Assembly (NCBI GenBank): GCA_043228905.1
Contig: JBHGNT010000001.1
Location: forward strand, 1,984,001-2,048,000
DNA: 64,000 nt
Reading direction: 5' to 3'
DNA from: Azolla caroliniana
Lineage: Eukaryota; Plantae; Polypodiophyta
The number at the start of each line of letters is the position of its first letter. Position 1 is the stretch's first letter. This document shows, piece by piece, positions 1 to 13,522 of this stretch. The translations under genes and the position numbers were made by a program. Below the pieces are notes generated by a model that did no database searches, was not told the origin of the DNA, and worked only from the letters and a program-made list of their open reading frames with translations.

Positions 1-343
1 CAAATTTTCAAACAAGAGAAAAATAGAGATTCCCTGTGTTTCACTAAGAAAAATAACCACATCACGTGATGGAAATGCCTAAAAAATAAAGAAGAAAATC
101 TACAAAATAAAAAGTAGTTGGCATAGTCAAATCAAGCAGTTTGGGCACTTAGCTATCGTCAAAAAGGTCATGTCATGCCTTTGATTTCTATCCGATACAT
201 CGTACGACTAATGATGTTATTTTCTTAGTGCAAAGGAAATTTATTGTGAACCTCAAAAATCAATCTTTTTTATCACAATTTTCAGAGTCAAACATGGGAG
301 AGCACGAGCAAGGTGGGAAGAATGGTTGAAGAAGTCTAACATG

Positions 344-507
344 CTCCTAGAGTGAGATGAGAGTAACACACTTGTATAGATGCTTTGCCAAACATAATGA
401 TCGAAGTGTGCAAATTCGAAGTCTTACACACTCCTAGAGTGTGATGAGAGTAACACACTTGTATAGATGGTTTGGCAAACATAATGATTGAAGTGTGCAA
501 TTTCAAT
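344..507. repeat. 87-bp tandem duplication
   Basis: ctcctagagtg(a/t)gatgagagtaacacacttgtatagatg... starts at 344 and again at 431; explains the internally repetitive ORF 336..527. Confidence 0.85.
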
Positions 508-1770
508 TGTCTTCTAGTGTGGTTCATCTGGTAAAGAGCTTGTTATGCAATGTTGTAGATCATGTCATCCACATTTTGAAGTACTCCACCATTGCCATAG
601 ATATGTTTCATTGCCATATGGGCATTGATACACTAAAATGATTTAATATCTATATCCATTGTAAAACTTTCAATCTAGAACTACATGGAGTAGAATTCAT
701 TAATGCTCATAAGACATTCAACATGCTAGTGAAAATTCAAAAATAATTCTACTCAATATCCATTTCTATGCAACAACATATGGGGATTATGTTCCAAAAT
801 CTCTCTATGGACATTTTATTTATGGTGGGCCTAATAATATAAAAAGTTGATTATTCACAACATGAAATGTTTCTCTCCATGAAATTTTGCAACCCAACTA
901 TGTAATGCCATGTTCCTTTTTATTACAATGTGGGAACATAGGACATTATGTTTAGGATAATGCTACTGTTCATTCTAGAATAAACACTAAAGCCTTGTTG
1001 GAGGCCACAGTATTACCCAACTTGTTTTGAAGAGTGGGCACATCCAAAGAGTTGACATGCTATATGCAAATACTTGGATAACTGTGTAAAACTGTTTCAA
1101 GTTGCTTAGGTGTTTTAAGTGAGAAAGACACCTGATTGGAACACAAACAAATCATCTCTTTTGACCTTAAGTTTTGGATCCCATTCCAGCAAGCTTTCAA
1201 CAATTTGCCTATTGGAATCATTTGTGAGTCATGTAACTGTCATCCACATCCATCGGTCATGTGCAAATGTAGAGTAAATAATGACACAGGTGCTAAGCAT
1301 CTTGGCAATACGTGGAAATAGAGCAGGATATTAACACATCGTAATTTGCCTACAAGTTCATAAATTTACCAAACTGTGAATCATATCTCATATTTAAGGT
1401 AGAGGACAATGCTCCAAAACTTGGAAGTTGTAACTGACTAACCCCTACATATAAACATCCATCATTCCATGGGAAAAATAAGGCTACATTTCATAGTCCT
1501 TTTAAGCCAAAACGTTAATGCAAGTCTGAAAAAATCATGCTGAAACATAGTTCAGTATTGGGGTACCGATATTATGTAAGAGGATATCCTTGCAAGTAAT
1601 TTGATTTAGATGCAATGCACCAGAGTAAACTTGTCCGTGTGTCTTTGCACCAGATGTAGAAAGAGAACTTTGTATTAACATCTACAAAGGGCCAAAATCT
1701 CTTCGGAAGCCAACATTAGAACCATGAAGAACATGATACAACTCAATTGCATAAATTTTGTCTGCATTAA

Positions 1771-4700
1771 CTAATTATTTACAGACAAAACCTTCCTGGA
1801 GAATTGAGAGATAGATTCTGCAAATTCATAGGCACTTTCAACACAGCGGCCCAGAGCAACGCCAGAAACATAATTCCCACCTAAAAATATACCCTCTAAT
1901 CCCGCATTCGCCAATGCATTGCGGGCATCACTTAGGATATCAAGATGACCTACTTCAAACTGTGGGATTGCTCTTGGCCACACTCTCACGCCCAATGTTT
2001 CTGGTGTCGATGCATCAGGTTTGATCAACATTTTCCGAACATCTTTGTCAACTTGGTACACGAGTTCTTCTTCACTCTGGCATTCAAAAATTCGCAACAA
2101 AATATGAAAAAAGCACAATTTGATACATTGGCCCCATGAAACATGAAAACATAACCCATAAAAAAGGCCATGAGCACATAAACAGACCATGCATGTGTCC
2201 TTAAATGGATTTCCTATTTTCAGTCTCACAAATTTATTATTTTACACTATTTCATAGGTCATATAAAGGCATACCATGTTGACAATGTCTGGGTTTGTCG
2301 CTCCCCCAATGTAGTTTAATATAAGCACACGATCATCTGGAGCACGACCCGGAAACAAAGATGAAGAGTAGATTGTCCCTACAAATAATGCAATCATCCA
2401 ATACACCTATTTTAGCAACATTTGACAGTGCACGATCATAAAAAACATGTTGCCATGACAAGAAAAAGGACAAAATCCAGTTAAAATATTAAAATATCTA
2501 TTAAAACTTTGTTGAAATTTCTCATCATTTTCCAAATCACTTCATGTACAAAAAGGAATAATTTCTTTTTGTTTTTATGGATACAATGAAAAGGAATCTA
2601 TGTGCTATTGTTTCATGCATTTGATGAAAAGGAATCATGCATGAAGGGATTCTCAACTTATTAGTGAAGGAAAATTTCAAGAACATGGTTTAACATCATA
2701 TAAAGTCAAAGATCAGCAGTTCAACGCCTGCTCTTGCCCTCTATTGGTACAACTTACAAGTAAAAAAGCAGCCTATATCAAGAGGAAATATAAAGAAACA
2801 AAGAGAAAAACACCAAATAGACCAAAGACTTGAAATTACCAAGAATACCTCTCTCATGTAGTCAAACATATTATAACACAGAGGGGTATTCTGGTAATTC
2901 TTGACAGCTTTATGAGGTAATCTAGTAAATACCCAATAAGTACGGTGCTACTGTGGTGAATTTTCCCCTGAATACATACAAAATTTATACAATGTCATGA
3001 TACTCTTCTGATCATTTTGCTAAGAGGAGAGTTAGATATAGGATTAAGGTAACCTCACCTAAGGTTTGAATTCCTTGGCTACGAGGATGGAGCTGGCCAA
3101 AACCCTTGAGCTCACCGTCAATAAGGCGATCTTCTCTTATTGCAGACTTGGGATAAGAAATCGTTACCGCTGCCACTGCTGGATAATGGAACCTTGAAAG
3201 AGAGTCGGCAGCACTTTGCTGCAATTATTGTTATTAAAGAATTTGATATGTTTAGAGCCTTATATTTAGTAGATAAACTTTTGTTTTAGATAAATCTATA
3301 CAAGCAAGATTTGCGTTTCACATGTGGTTATATCCATCATACTTTCACCTTCTCTTTTTAAGCATATAAGTAACACTTCTTGTGAAAGTGTATGTACATG
3401 GGGAACAGATTCCACAAATCATGCTTACATTTGAGTCTATACCTTTTGACCCTTTGAGATAATTTTGGGTTCACCAGAGGTTTTCATCACATTGGACTCT
3501 TTATCTTGTCCTAAGTTTTAATGAAAATAAGTCTGTTTGTACAAAGTATTATTTCAAAAATATTTCAAATGAATAATACAAATCTCTCTAGTCTTTGGCT
3601 ATAACATTTGAATAACAGAGGCTTTTCATTGTATAACCTTTCACATGTAGTTATCCAGACGAACCATCGCATACAAAGAGAATAAATGTGCGTATATATG
3701 CAACGTCACTATATGAAAATAAGGTCAAATGTGTTTTCAAAATGATGTGAATGAGGCTCGTGATGAATCCATGAATTCTAAATGGAACTTCTGATAATCC
3801 AAGTGACAACAAAGCCAAACTGTCACACATACATTCAGCATTTTTTCACCTGGGCAACAACTCTCCAGTCTATTCCCCCTTTGGGAAGCCAGCTAAAGAA
3901 AGAACAATATATTACCATCCCCAAAAGACCATACTATGACCTCTGAGACTTGGTCAAAATCTATTTATGTTAGCCTTCAATGACAGTAAATAAAAGATAA
4001 TTGTTTTTTCAACTACAGGTCAATAAAACTAGTGTCTAAGATACAACTGATTTTTTGGGCCTAAAATCAGGGTTTTCATGAAGTATCAAAAGTGTAGTAT
4101 GATGGGAGGGTGGAAGCTCCAGACCTGCACTTTCTTTCACCTTTATTATCTCTCCTCTACATTCTCTGCTCTTTGGCTGTGTCTCTACTTTTTACAATTA
4201 TTTTGATACTGCTGTCCAACAGCCTTCTCACAGCTTGGTTGTCTCTCCTTTTGTCTCCAAATGTTCGGCTGCTGTTATTAACAGGCTTTCTCTTATGGTA
4301 TCAGAGTTGTGAGGTCTCCATCAGACTAATTTTTTTGCCAGAGAGCACACAATCCTGTCTTCTTTTATCCCACCCTTAGAGGATTTTTCTTTCTTTGTAG
4401 CCTCCCTCCCAAACTATAGAGGAGGTTCTTTTTCCCTCAGCCTTGCCTAGCATCTAGGGAGGAATAGAAAAACCTTGAGCATAAATCTACTCACAGCAGC
4501 TGTAAACAGTCCAGTTGTAGTTCCAGAGGAGGATATCAATGGCCTCACAAGCCACTATTGTTTCCTCAACCATTCCCCGACTCCCCAAGGGGTCCATCTT
4601 GTATGGGCATCAATCTACTTACAGCAGCTGTAAACAGTCCAGTTGTAGCTCTAGAGAAGGATATCAATGGCCTCACATGGCACCATTGTTTCGTCAAATG

Positions 4701-7700
4701 TTCCTCGACTCCCAATAGTCCATCTAGGATGGGAACAATTACTTGGATCTGGAACTGCAGCTAAGGACCTTGCTAGAGTACCACCATAGAACGTAATATT
4801 CGTATTCGTGCAAGCATTCCAACGTTTGGAAACGAACACGTTTGAAATGGGAAAAATACGTGCACCTTTTTTTTCCTTTATTATCAATACAATTTAGCTC
4901 ACCCTAGTGGTAAGGAGTCATGCTACTGCTGTCTATATCTTGGGTTCGATTCCCAATTTTCTCATCTCTTTCTCTCTCTCATTAGTACCATGTCATAGCA
5001 AAATTTTATGTTAGTGTTATAATAGTTTTTTTCTTTTATTTTATTATTATTACAATTAAGCACAACTTAGTGGTAAGTTGTTGTGCTACTATTACTTGTG
5101 TCTTGGGTTCAATTCCCAACTTTCTCATATCCTCTTGTTAGTGTCATGGCAAAATTTTATGTTAGTGTCATGTTCCTTTTTCTTCTTTTTCTTTCTTTCC
5201 TTGTTATTATGCTACTACTGCCTATGTCATGGCAAAATTTTATGTTAGTGTCATGTTCCTTTTTCTTTCTTTCTTTTTTTCTTTGTTATTAGAAACTAGG
5301 TCACAAATTAGGTCACCCTAGTGGTAAGTTGTTATACTAATACTGCGTATGTCATGTTTTCTTCATATTCTCGAATATACGTTTTATGAGTTTTTGAATG
5401 TTTGATTATAATTTTATAATGACATATTTTGATTCAATCTCTATAGTTCATACTCATTTTTTTGTAAAGTTCTAAAGTGAGGATGATAGAGATGTCTTGA
5501 TTTGCATCCCAAAAATATGCATGTGATACAATGCAAATATTGCAACCATACTTATGTTGGTGGTTCACAATGGATTAGAGTCCACTTATTAGGATTGAGA
5601 GTGAATCAATATATAATATGTACCCAGAGTCAATCCAATCCAACTTTGAGATGATTTACCATACACGTTTGATTGAATCATTCTCGAATGCGAATGCACG
5701 TATGATCCGTATGGTTCATTCTATGAGTACCACCATCTATGGAATATGGCAGCGAGAAGAAACCACCAGTAACTTCATCTTCTTCAACTACATCATTTGC
5801 TGGTTCATCTAAAGCTGAGGTTGATTCTTGGCTAGGTAAGGATTCTCATGTTCGTGCTTTTGTCGTGTTTAATATTAAACCTAGCATTGCCTGTAAATTT
5901 CAAGATAACGATGAAACAACAGCCAACAAACTACAGGCAGCCATCAAAAGTAGGTATCATAGAGCTAATCATGCTCAAATGATAGTTGTTGAGACTACTC
6001 AACTATCAAATCTCAAGATTCATGACACTCCAAACATAGTGGATCATATCACACAATTTATTACTCTCCAAAAGAAGGTAGTTTCCTGGGAAGCAAGTCA
6101 ACCGAAGCTCAGTTTGTGCATCATCTAATGACCAAGTTGCCTGAATCACTCTCAGCCTTTGTGACACAATTTCTCTTCTTCCCAACACACTTGATATGAA
6201 TACATATGTTGGCATCAAAATAGGGCCAAAAGGAAGAAAAGTGCTCAAACCTTTAATGAATCGCTTCTCCATACCAAAAGTAAAGTGGAAGCACGATGGC
6301 AACTCCTACAACAAACCCAATCCAAGACCAAAAAACAACTCAGCCTACAAGGAGCGCAATTGTCATTATTGTGGCTACAAAGATCACATTCAGCCTGACT
6401 GTTGGAAAAAGAAAAAAGACAATGCAAAGAAGTCTTCTTCTACTGAAAGTCTGCCAACACCAAAACCAAACTCAACCCATTCAACAAAAGCAACAGTTTT
6501 CCTTGGTATTGAAGAACATTCTTCACATTTGGTTGGACCAACTACCTCAACTATTGATGAGTGGCTAGTAAACAGTCGTGCTACAGTACACATGACTTAT
6601 GACAAATCTTTTTGCATGATGTCAAACCCAGCTCCTCCCAAACCTCCATAGGAGATGTGTTTCTTAACACTTTTTCATTAATGATGAACCTGCCGTTCTT
6701 CAACATGTGCTACATGTGCCTTGCATCTCTGCCAACTTACTTTCAGTCTACCGAATCACAAAGCAAGTTTATGGTGTCTACTTTGATAGCTCAGTTTTGG
6801 AATTCATTGGCACCAACAACCTACAAATCATAGCTAGTGGCACACAAGAAGGGGGTTTATACAAACTTAAATGTTCCCGCAGCCCCTCAGAAAAACCCAA
6901 ATCTCATCTCCTTCAAGCATACCCTACAAGAAGATCCCACATCATGGCATGCTCAGTTTGGTCATCTCGACTACGACTCTCTTCAAAAGCTGTCTTCTTC
7001 GCTGCTAGTTGAGGGTCTTCCTCATTTCAAAATTCCCAATACTCCATGTGTTGCTTGTCTTCATGGCAAGCAACATCAAGAGTCTCTCTCTCACCAAGCC
7101 ATTCATTGTGAAACATCTATCTTGGAGTTAGTGCACCTGGATCTGTGGTTCAATGAAAACCACTACTCTTGGTGGTAATGATAATTTCGCACATAAGGTT
7201 TGGGTTTACTTGCAGAAAAATCTCAAGATTTCACCAAATTTCAAGAGTGGGTAACTCTCGTCAACGAGACATCAAAGAAATTCAAACAATCAGGTCCGAC
7301 CATGGTGAAGAGTTTATCTCACAAGCTTTACACTGTTTTTGCTCTCAACAAGGCATTGCTCGCCAATTTTACACACTGAATACTCCTCAACAAAATAGTG
7401 CAGTAAAAAGGAAGAACCAGACAATCCAAGAGATGGCTCATACAATGCTCTCTCAATCTGATCTTCCTCTCTCGTTTTGGGGTGAAGTTGCAACACAGCT
7501 GTCTGCATTATCAACTGCTGCCCAACTAAAGCAGTTGCTGCAATGACCCCTGAAGAAGCATTTACATGTGCGAAACCCTCAGTTTCTCATTTAAAAGTCT
7601 CTTGGTTGTGATGCTTATTTTCACATTTCAGATGATAAAAGGACTAAATTTGAGTCCAAAACCAAGAAATGCAAGTTCCTTGGTTACAGCATGCAATCTA

Positions 7701-10700
7701 AAGCCTACAGGTTATGGGATCTTGAATCCAAGGCCCTAGTCATCTATAGAGATGTTCAGTTTGTGTAGGCAACTCCACCACCACCTCCAAATCAGATCTC
7801 TCTTCCTAGATTATTCTCTCTCTAGAATCTGCAACTCTTTAAATGCCTTCTCTCTCTTCCACTTTTCCAAGATTATTTCCTCTTCTTCCTCATTGATTGT
7901 ACTTGTTTGGTAGTACAAGGTCACTTAACTACCACAAAATCATTTTCACCTACGTATCCCCAAATTTGGGTAAACAGGCTATACCATCCCTTTCTGTAAG
8001 AATTGAATTTTTGCTGCTACATATAAACAGGCTCTTGTATTTGGCTGTCTGTACCGTTTACAACTATTTTGCTACTGCTGATTAGCAACCTTCTCACACT
8101 CGGATGTGACTATTTTTGGTTCCAACTGTTACACTGCTGCTATTAACAGCTAAACTTTAGAGAGCCAAGAAGCTGGGAAAACATAAAGCCAGTTGCAACA
8201 AAGGAGGTGCACATCTTAAGCAGAATCATGATCATTGTTTTAAAATGGACTTTTTTCCATCTCTTAGAACAGGACTCTATATTAATAGTACCAAAACTGA
8301 CTAAATTGCTAAGCGCCCTAAATCTGATGAAAATATACTAGTATATACGAATACTACAACTAGATTAATCTAAGTCAGTAGTCAATGTTGATGGAAACCA
8401 TGCAGAATAAACCACAACAGCCATGTACTGGCTCCAGGAGACAGAAAAAATGCCCCACTAGGATAGGCACAGACAACGAAATGGGATATGCTTCTACTGG
8501 TTTTCTGAAAAAAATTCCATATGCATTCTCTGCAGTAGACATCATCATTGAGAGCATAAAATGTTCATGTATGCATACACAGTCAATACTCCTAGTCAAA
8601 TGCTTAAGAGCCAGCCATGTTATCTTCACTTGTTTCATTAATTTATTTAGTTATTTTGTTGTTCTCCAAGATAAGACAATATTTTCACATGCATTTTCTC
8701 AATGAATCTCAGACGGCCATTTCCAACTCTTAAGATATATTGATATACCTTTCTTGCTTTATCTCAAAGCTTTGAGATTTGAAACATGCAAGAGTATTCA
8801 GTGCGGCTTGTATGTTTCAAATTTATAGTGCTAATAGAAATTAAAGAATCAAGTAGAACTTACCGATAATGGTCGCAAGATATTACTTGCAACATATGAT
8901 GGTACTGTGAGAAGAACAGACTTTGCTAAAACTGCTTTTACCCCCTCTGGTGTTTTGTATATCAATTTATATCCACCTCCTGATGCTACTTGCATTGATT
9001 CAAGCTTCCAATTGAGTTTTACACTATCACCTAGTCTGACAAGTGTAGCAAAAAATGCTATTGACACTACATAAGCATGCTTTAAGATTGAAAAGACTGG
9101 CAATAAACAATGGAAGTATAATTTTTCCAACTGCATTCAGCTATAATTTACTTTTCTGCGATAGCTTTTGGTAGTGTTATTAATCCTTTCCGAAATGACC
9201 CCACAGTTTGCCCTTTTGGTGTTGGTAACCTCCTATAAGTCAAAACATGTATGTCTATTAACAGACAATCATTGGACAATTATGCAATAACTAAAGATAT
9301 GCAAATCAAGCCCCAGTTCATCTTTTGAAACCAAATATGCAAACGAACTTAAATTTAAAATTCCACCAATGTAGCTATGCAATTGGTTATATTATTTTTT
9401 GTGCTATAAGCATTATTAAGGCTCTCAACAATACCACAATGTCAACCATTAGGTTTTGGGATACATATAACATGTTAAAACTTCAATTCTCATCAAAACT
9501 ATTTATTTGAAACTTTTACTGCCAAAATACATTTTCAGTAAAAAGAAAGAGGTGGGCATAATAGGCTATTAAGATTAAACAATAACTATTGCAGGAAAAA
9601 CTTTATTCTCATATTTTAGGGCGTTTTCAAAATGTCTTGTTGAAGCCATGGAACATCAAATAAAATTAAACTGTAAATCATTTTGCAGGTGATAGAAAAA
9701 CACTAAATAAGTAGTGCATAGAGCATACGGATCTCTTGGTGGTGGAGGGTTTCTTTTCTTTTCTTGAATAAGCTTAAAAGTCCCTCCAATAATGCTTCCT
9801 CCAATATCTTCAAGTCTCCAAACTTTTCCAAATGCTGCCTTCATACTCAGCTTAGCAGGGTTTCCTGCATACACACCTGCATAAAACGTAACACATTCGG
9901 TGAAGCACATAACATGTTTTAACATAACTTTTTGACACTATAACTTGAGTTGAAAAAAGTTCAAAAATATATCGTAAAATCGTTTCCATTGTTAAGTTGA
10001 TCTTGTTGAGGCTTCTTTGTTATGCTTTGAATCATGTCTTCTTTTTTTATTTAACAAGCATCCATGACTTTATTAATACATGGACATAAAGGAAGAATGA
10101 ATGAACAAAAGAAATATATATTAATGTGCCAGACAGTTGTAGCTCAGTTGGTAAGGTTGTCCACTGGAGACCAGAAGGTCATCCATTCAGCCCCTACATT
10201 CTAGTCAATTCTAGTAGAATTGTGCACATATTGAGATTGAAACCCACATGCATGAGCTAATAAAAGTTTGCCTTATCATTCGCGTACAGTCCTAATACAG
10301 AAACAAGGAAAAGTATAATAACATCTCTTGAAGGTCAAAACGGCCTTCAGTTTGTTCAAGGCTATGAGAACAACAAAAGAAATCAAATGAGCAGTTAATC
10401 TTCTTAAATTAGACTTATTAAAGTACTTAGTAGCTGATTCCAACAGTTATGAACAACAAAAGAAATAAAATAGGTAGCCTCCTTAAAGTAGACTTACTAA
10501 GGAAGCTAGCCGACTACAAGAGCTCACTAGAAAAGAAACTACACCAACATTGAAAACATAATTAATTTCTACCTGAGCAGAACGGCTCAATTAACCTCTC
10601 GAAAACCTCCGGCCCAAGGTTACGACGGACAAATTCCTCAACTGATTCTTCATATCCCTACCAATTCCAATAAAAAAAACACATCATATGGAATGAAACA

Positions 10701-13518
10701 ATTCAAAACTTACCAAAAAATATCATTGATACAAGGAGAATATCTCTAAAAATTGAAGAATAAAGAACCAATTTATGCATTGTACTAGTCTACTTACTGG
10801 TGGAGGAGGGCGTATGCCAAGAGCACCTAGACCAGCTCTTATTTTCCCTTGAATGCTCATTAAATCAAAGAAAGGTAAATCAGTTGGTCCCGCTGGCACT
10901 GGTCTCAACTTTCCTTGCCAATAGACAAAACGAGGGGCAGTCGGATCTCCAAGTACAAGTTCATCCTTCAAGCCACTATCAACCTACTTTTGCAAAAAAA
11001 TAGAAAAGAATGCCATAAAATGGTTCGTATCACTACATTTCCCTCAGATAATACATTTGAAAATTGATTTCATAAACAAGTCGTCAATTACAATAATGAA
11101 GAAAAAAATAGCAATTGGCACAGGATTTACCGTACAAAATTCAAACTATCTTGCATGTTTAGTTGAATTAACTAATTGAAATTTCATTTGGGACTAAAAA
11201 ATTAATGCATTTGCAAACTGAAAAAACCAATTTTGAATATTTAAATCAACTAGAACTAACTCAAAGTGAATCCAATACATTGCACAATAATAAAAATGAC
11301 TCGTACATTATTAATGAGACGAATTCCCTTTTATTGGAAGGGAGACAAAACTGAGTTGCAGGTGGAAACAGTTTGTTCATCATCAAGATAAACTCTATCA
11401 CTACATCTCTCACAACTACTTATATTGAAGTCTAATTACAATAGGCACTGCATCTTATGAATCACAAATCCACACATACATGAACATACATGTGTATATG
11501 CCTGTATTTCAGGATTGCTTGGGAGATAGACTTCAATTTCAAAAATGGCAATGCATAAATTCTACATACCAAGTCTTGATATTGTCTTTTCAATACTATG
11601 CAAGGAAAAGAGTTATGGTACCAAGGAGTACAAACTTGAACATATAATAGAAAGCACAATGTTGCAACTACTTCATAGAAGATCCAGGCCCAACAATGGC
11701 ATTCACATAACCATACATTGATTAGAACATCAGGAATCAAATTCATGATGATGATGCTAAATTGGTATCACCAGAGGGTAATGTAACGCATGGAGCAAGT
11801 AATCCTTATAAGTGACTCCTCCAACGGGGTACACAAGGATTTTAAAATGACAAAAACAAAAACAAAATGCTGGAATGAAAAACTAAGCTTGTTTCTTATT
11901 TGTGCGGTTTGGCTATTCCATGAATTTAGCTTTAGAGTTGAGTAGACAAGCTAAGAGCATTCCTAGTGTGGTCACTCATAGCGTAATAGTATAATGTACT
12001 TAAGACACTGAACTGAGACTCTTTATGGGAGCATGAGAAGATAAGACATCTCTTAAAATATCTCTATGCAAAATATTAGATCTTCCTATGCATAAGCAAA
12101 TCCAATTTCATAACATTAGACATTGGAGATATCGATTAGCCTTATAAATGACTGAATTTGATCTCAGACCCTGAATTAAAGTTGAAGCCCTTATAGTCAC
12201 CTCTCTCATTCTCAAACATTGGCCTGATTGACACTCTATATAAACAGTTAACAGTTGAAATTGCCACAATGTTCTGCAGTCTTATTTTGCTTCACAACGT
12301 TTGATCTGATGCCAAGTAAAACTGTTACCAACCTGATATCCTTCTGACTCCTTCAACAATTTATTACTTTTTTTGTCCTCAAATCCAATAATAAATGAGA
12401 TAGTTATGACACAAAAGTTGAAAAGATTTCTATAACGCGATGATTAGAACTTGTCAACTTGTTTGTAATCAATGGCCTTCAAGATTATGTTGTCTATCGT
12501 TGAGTTCTCCATCAAGTTTTAGTCTTTGATGTCCTCTACAATATATTCCAATTTCATGCATAGAATACTTATAACTGAAGTGCATAATCCAATCTCATTG
12601 ACACGAGAAGATATTGTTTATATTTCCTACTATTTCACGCAATAAGATTTCTCTATTGATTTTAAAGCTAAACAAAGACAATCTACTAATAACAACATAT
12701 CAAGGATAGTGTTGGCAGGTTGGAATCTACTAGGTCCTCCCCACAAATCTATGCATATGTACATATATGCATACACTTCTTTTTTCTCATAACACGTTAT
12801 ATAACACGCACTTGTTTTAGTAGGAAAGCTACACAGCATATGCAAATGCAAAATGTAGACATAATTTTTATAATTATCATCACTTGGTAAACATTTACAT
12901 ATATATATATATATATATACATTTGAGACATAAACTTCATACTTATAATCACTTGGTAAATATATACATATCAGCATACATATACGAGTTGTAGACATAA
13001 ATTCCATACTCATAGTCACTTGGTAATGGAAGAATAGATCACAACAAAGTCCCTATTAAATTCAAAACTAAAGAAAGAAAATGTGCTAAATAAACATAAC
13101 GTACCACCATAGTCAGGATAGGATCACCGGGTTGGAAGCTATTGGGTCCTTCTTCCCACAAATACTCTCCTCTTTGAACAGTAGTGATATTACCACCCAC
13201 TCTATCTCTAGCTTCAGTCACCATAACTTTCTTCACATCAGATCCATGCTTTGTAGCCATGGCTTGAGCAGCGCATAGCCCTGAAATACCAGCACCCACA
13301 ACCACGCAGTCATAGGCCTCTTCTTCTTCATTCTTCTTATCCTCTATTCTTGAAGGAGAAGAAGAAGCGGCTTGTTTTGCACGGACATGGAGGCAGTGGG
13401 TCTTTAGGAAAGGAGGTTTAGGGTTGAAAGTAGTGATTTGATGCCATGGTGGGAGCTTGAGAAAAGAAGAAGAAGAAGAAGAAGAAGAAGCCAAGAGGGT
13501 GGTGCTTCTTAACTCCAT
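1771..13518 (-). CDS. PPO1: Protoporphyrinogen oxidase 1, plastid-targeted, 551 aa, 9 exons
   Basis: Exons (minus): 13518-13105, 10983-10798, 10657-10573, 9876-9729, 9232-9152, 9035-8864, 3218-3059, 2378-2275, 2076-1771. All GT-AG, total 1656 nt, in frame. Ser-rich transit peptide, FAD motif VVVGAGISGL, WEEGPNSFQP, LVLGDPTAPRFV, GFGQLHPR, VWPRAIPQF, GNYVSGVALGRCVE. Confidence 0.96.
4484..4677. repeat. Direct repeat (~66-bp core, 128-bp period) in the Copia leader
   Basis: aatctact(c/t)acagcagctgtaaacagtccagttgtag...gatatcaatggcctcaca at ~4484 and ~4612. Confidence 0.8.
4785..5725. mobile_element. Non-autonomous hAT-type element (MITE) nested in the Copia
   Basis: Perfect 8-bp TSD agtaccac (4777-4784 and 5726-5733); termini CATAGAA...TTCTATG with loosely similar subterminal sequence; no ORF. 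Confidence 0.85.
10128..10265 (+). mobile_element. tRNA-derived SINE-like element in PPO1 intron 3
   Basis: A-box-like tagctcagttggtaaggttg followed by tggagacca(g)aaggtc; a related copy lies on the minus strand at ~60960-61055. Confidence 0.5.
11955..12134. mobile_element. Possible degraded Tourist-like MITE in PPO1 intron 1
   Basis: taa|gagcattcc... and ...cattggagatatc resemble GAGCATCTCCAA-type TIRs; degenerate. Confidence 0.3.
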
Positions 13519-13522
13519 TGAA

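Larger units (their letters stand above)
4093..8159 (+). mobile_element. Decayed Ty1/Copia LTR retrotransposon (gag-PR-INT, no RT/RNaseH seen) in PPO1 intron 6
   Basis: PBS tggtatcagag (tRNA-iMet) at 4296-4306; zinc knuckle CHYCGYKDHIQPDC; protease-like WLVNSRATVHM; WHAQFGH..CVACLHGK; integrase SDHGEEF and TPQQNSAVKRKNQTI; KCKFLGY. Many frameshifts. A diverged ~120-bp LTR-like match joins 4173-4284 and 8041-8149. Outer boundaries approximate. Confidence 0.85.

Noticed and set aside
530-1330. Possible degraded DNA-transposase (MULE-like) coding remnant on minus
   Set aside because: Only vague similarity with many stops; no diagnostic motif I can defend.
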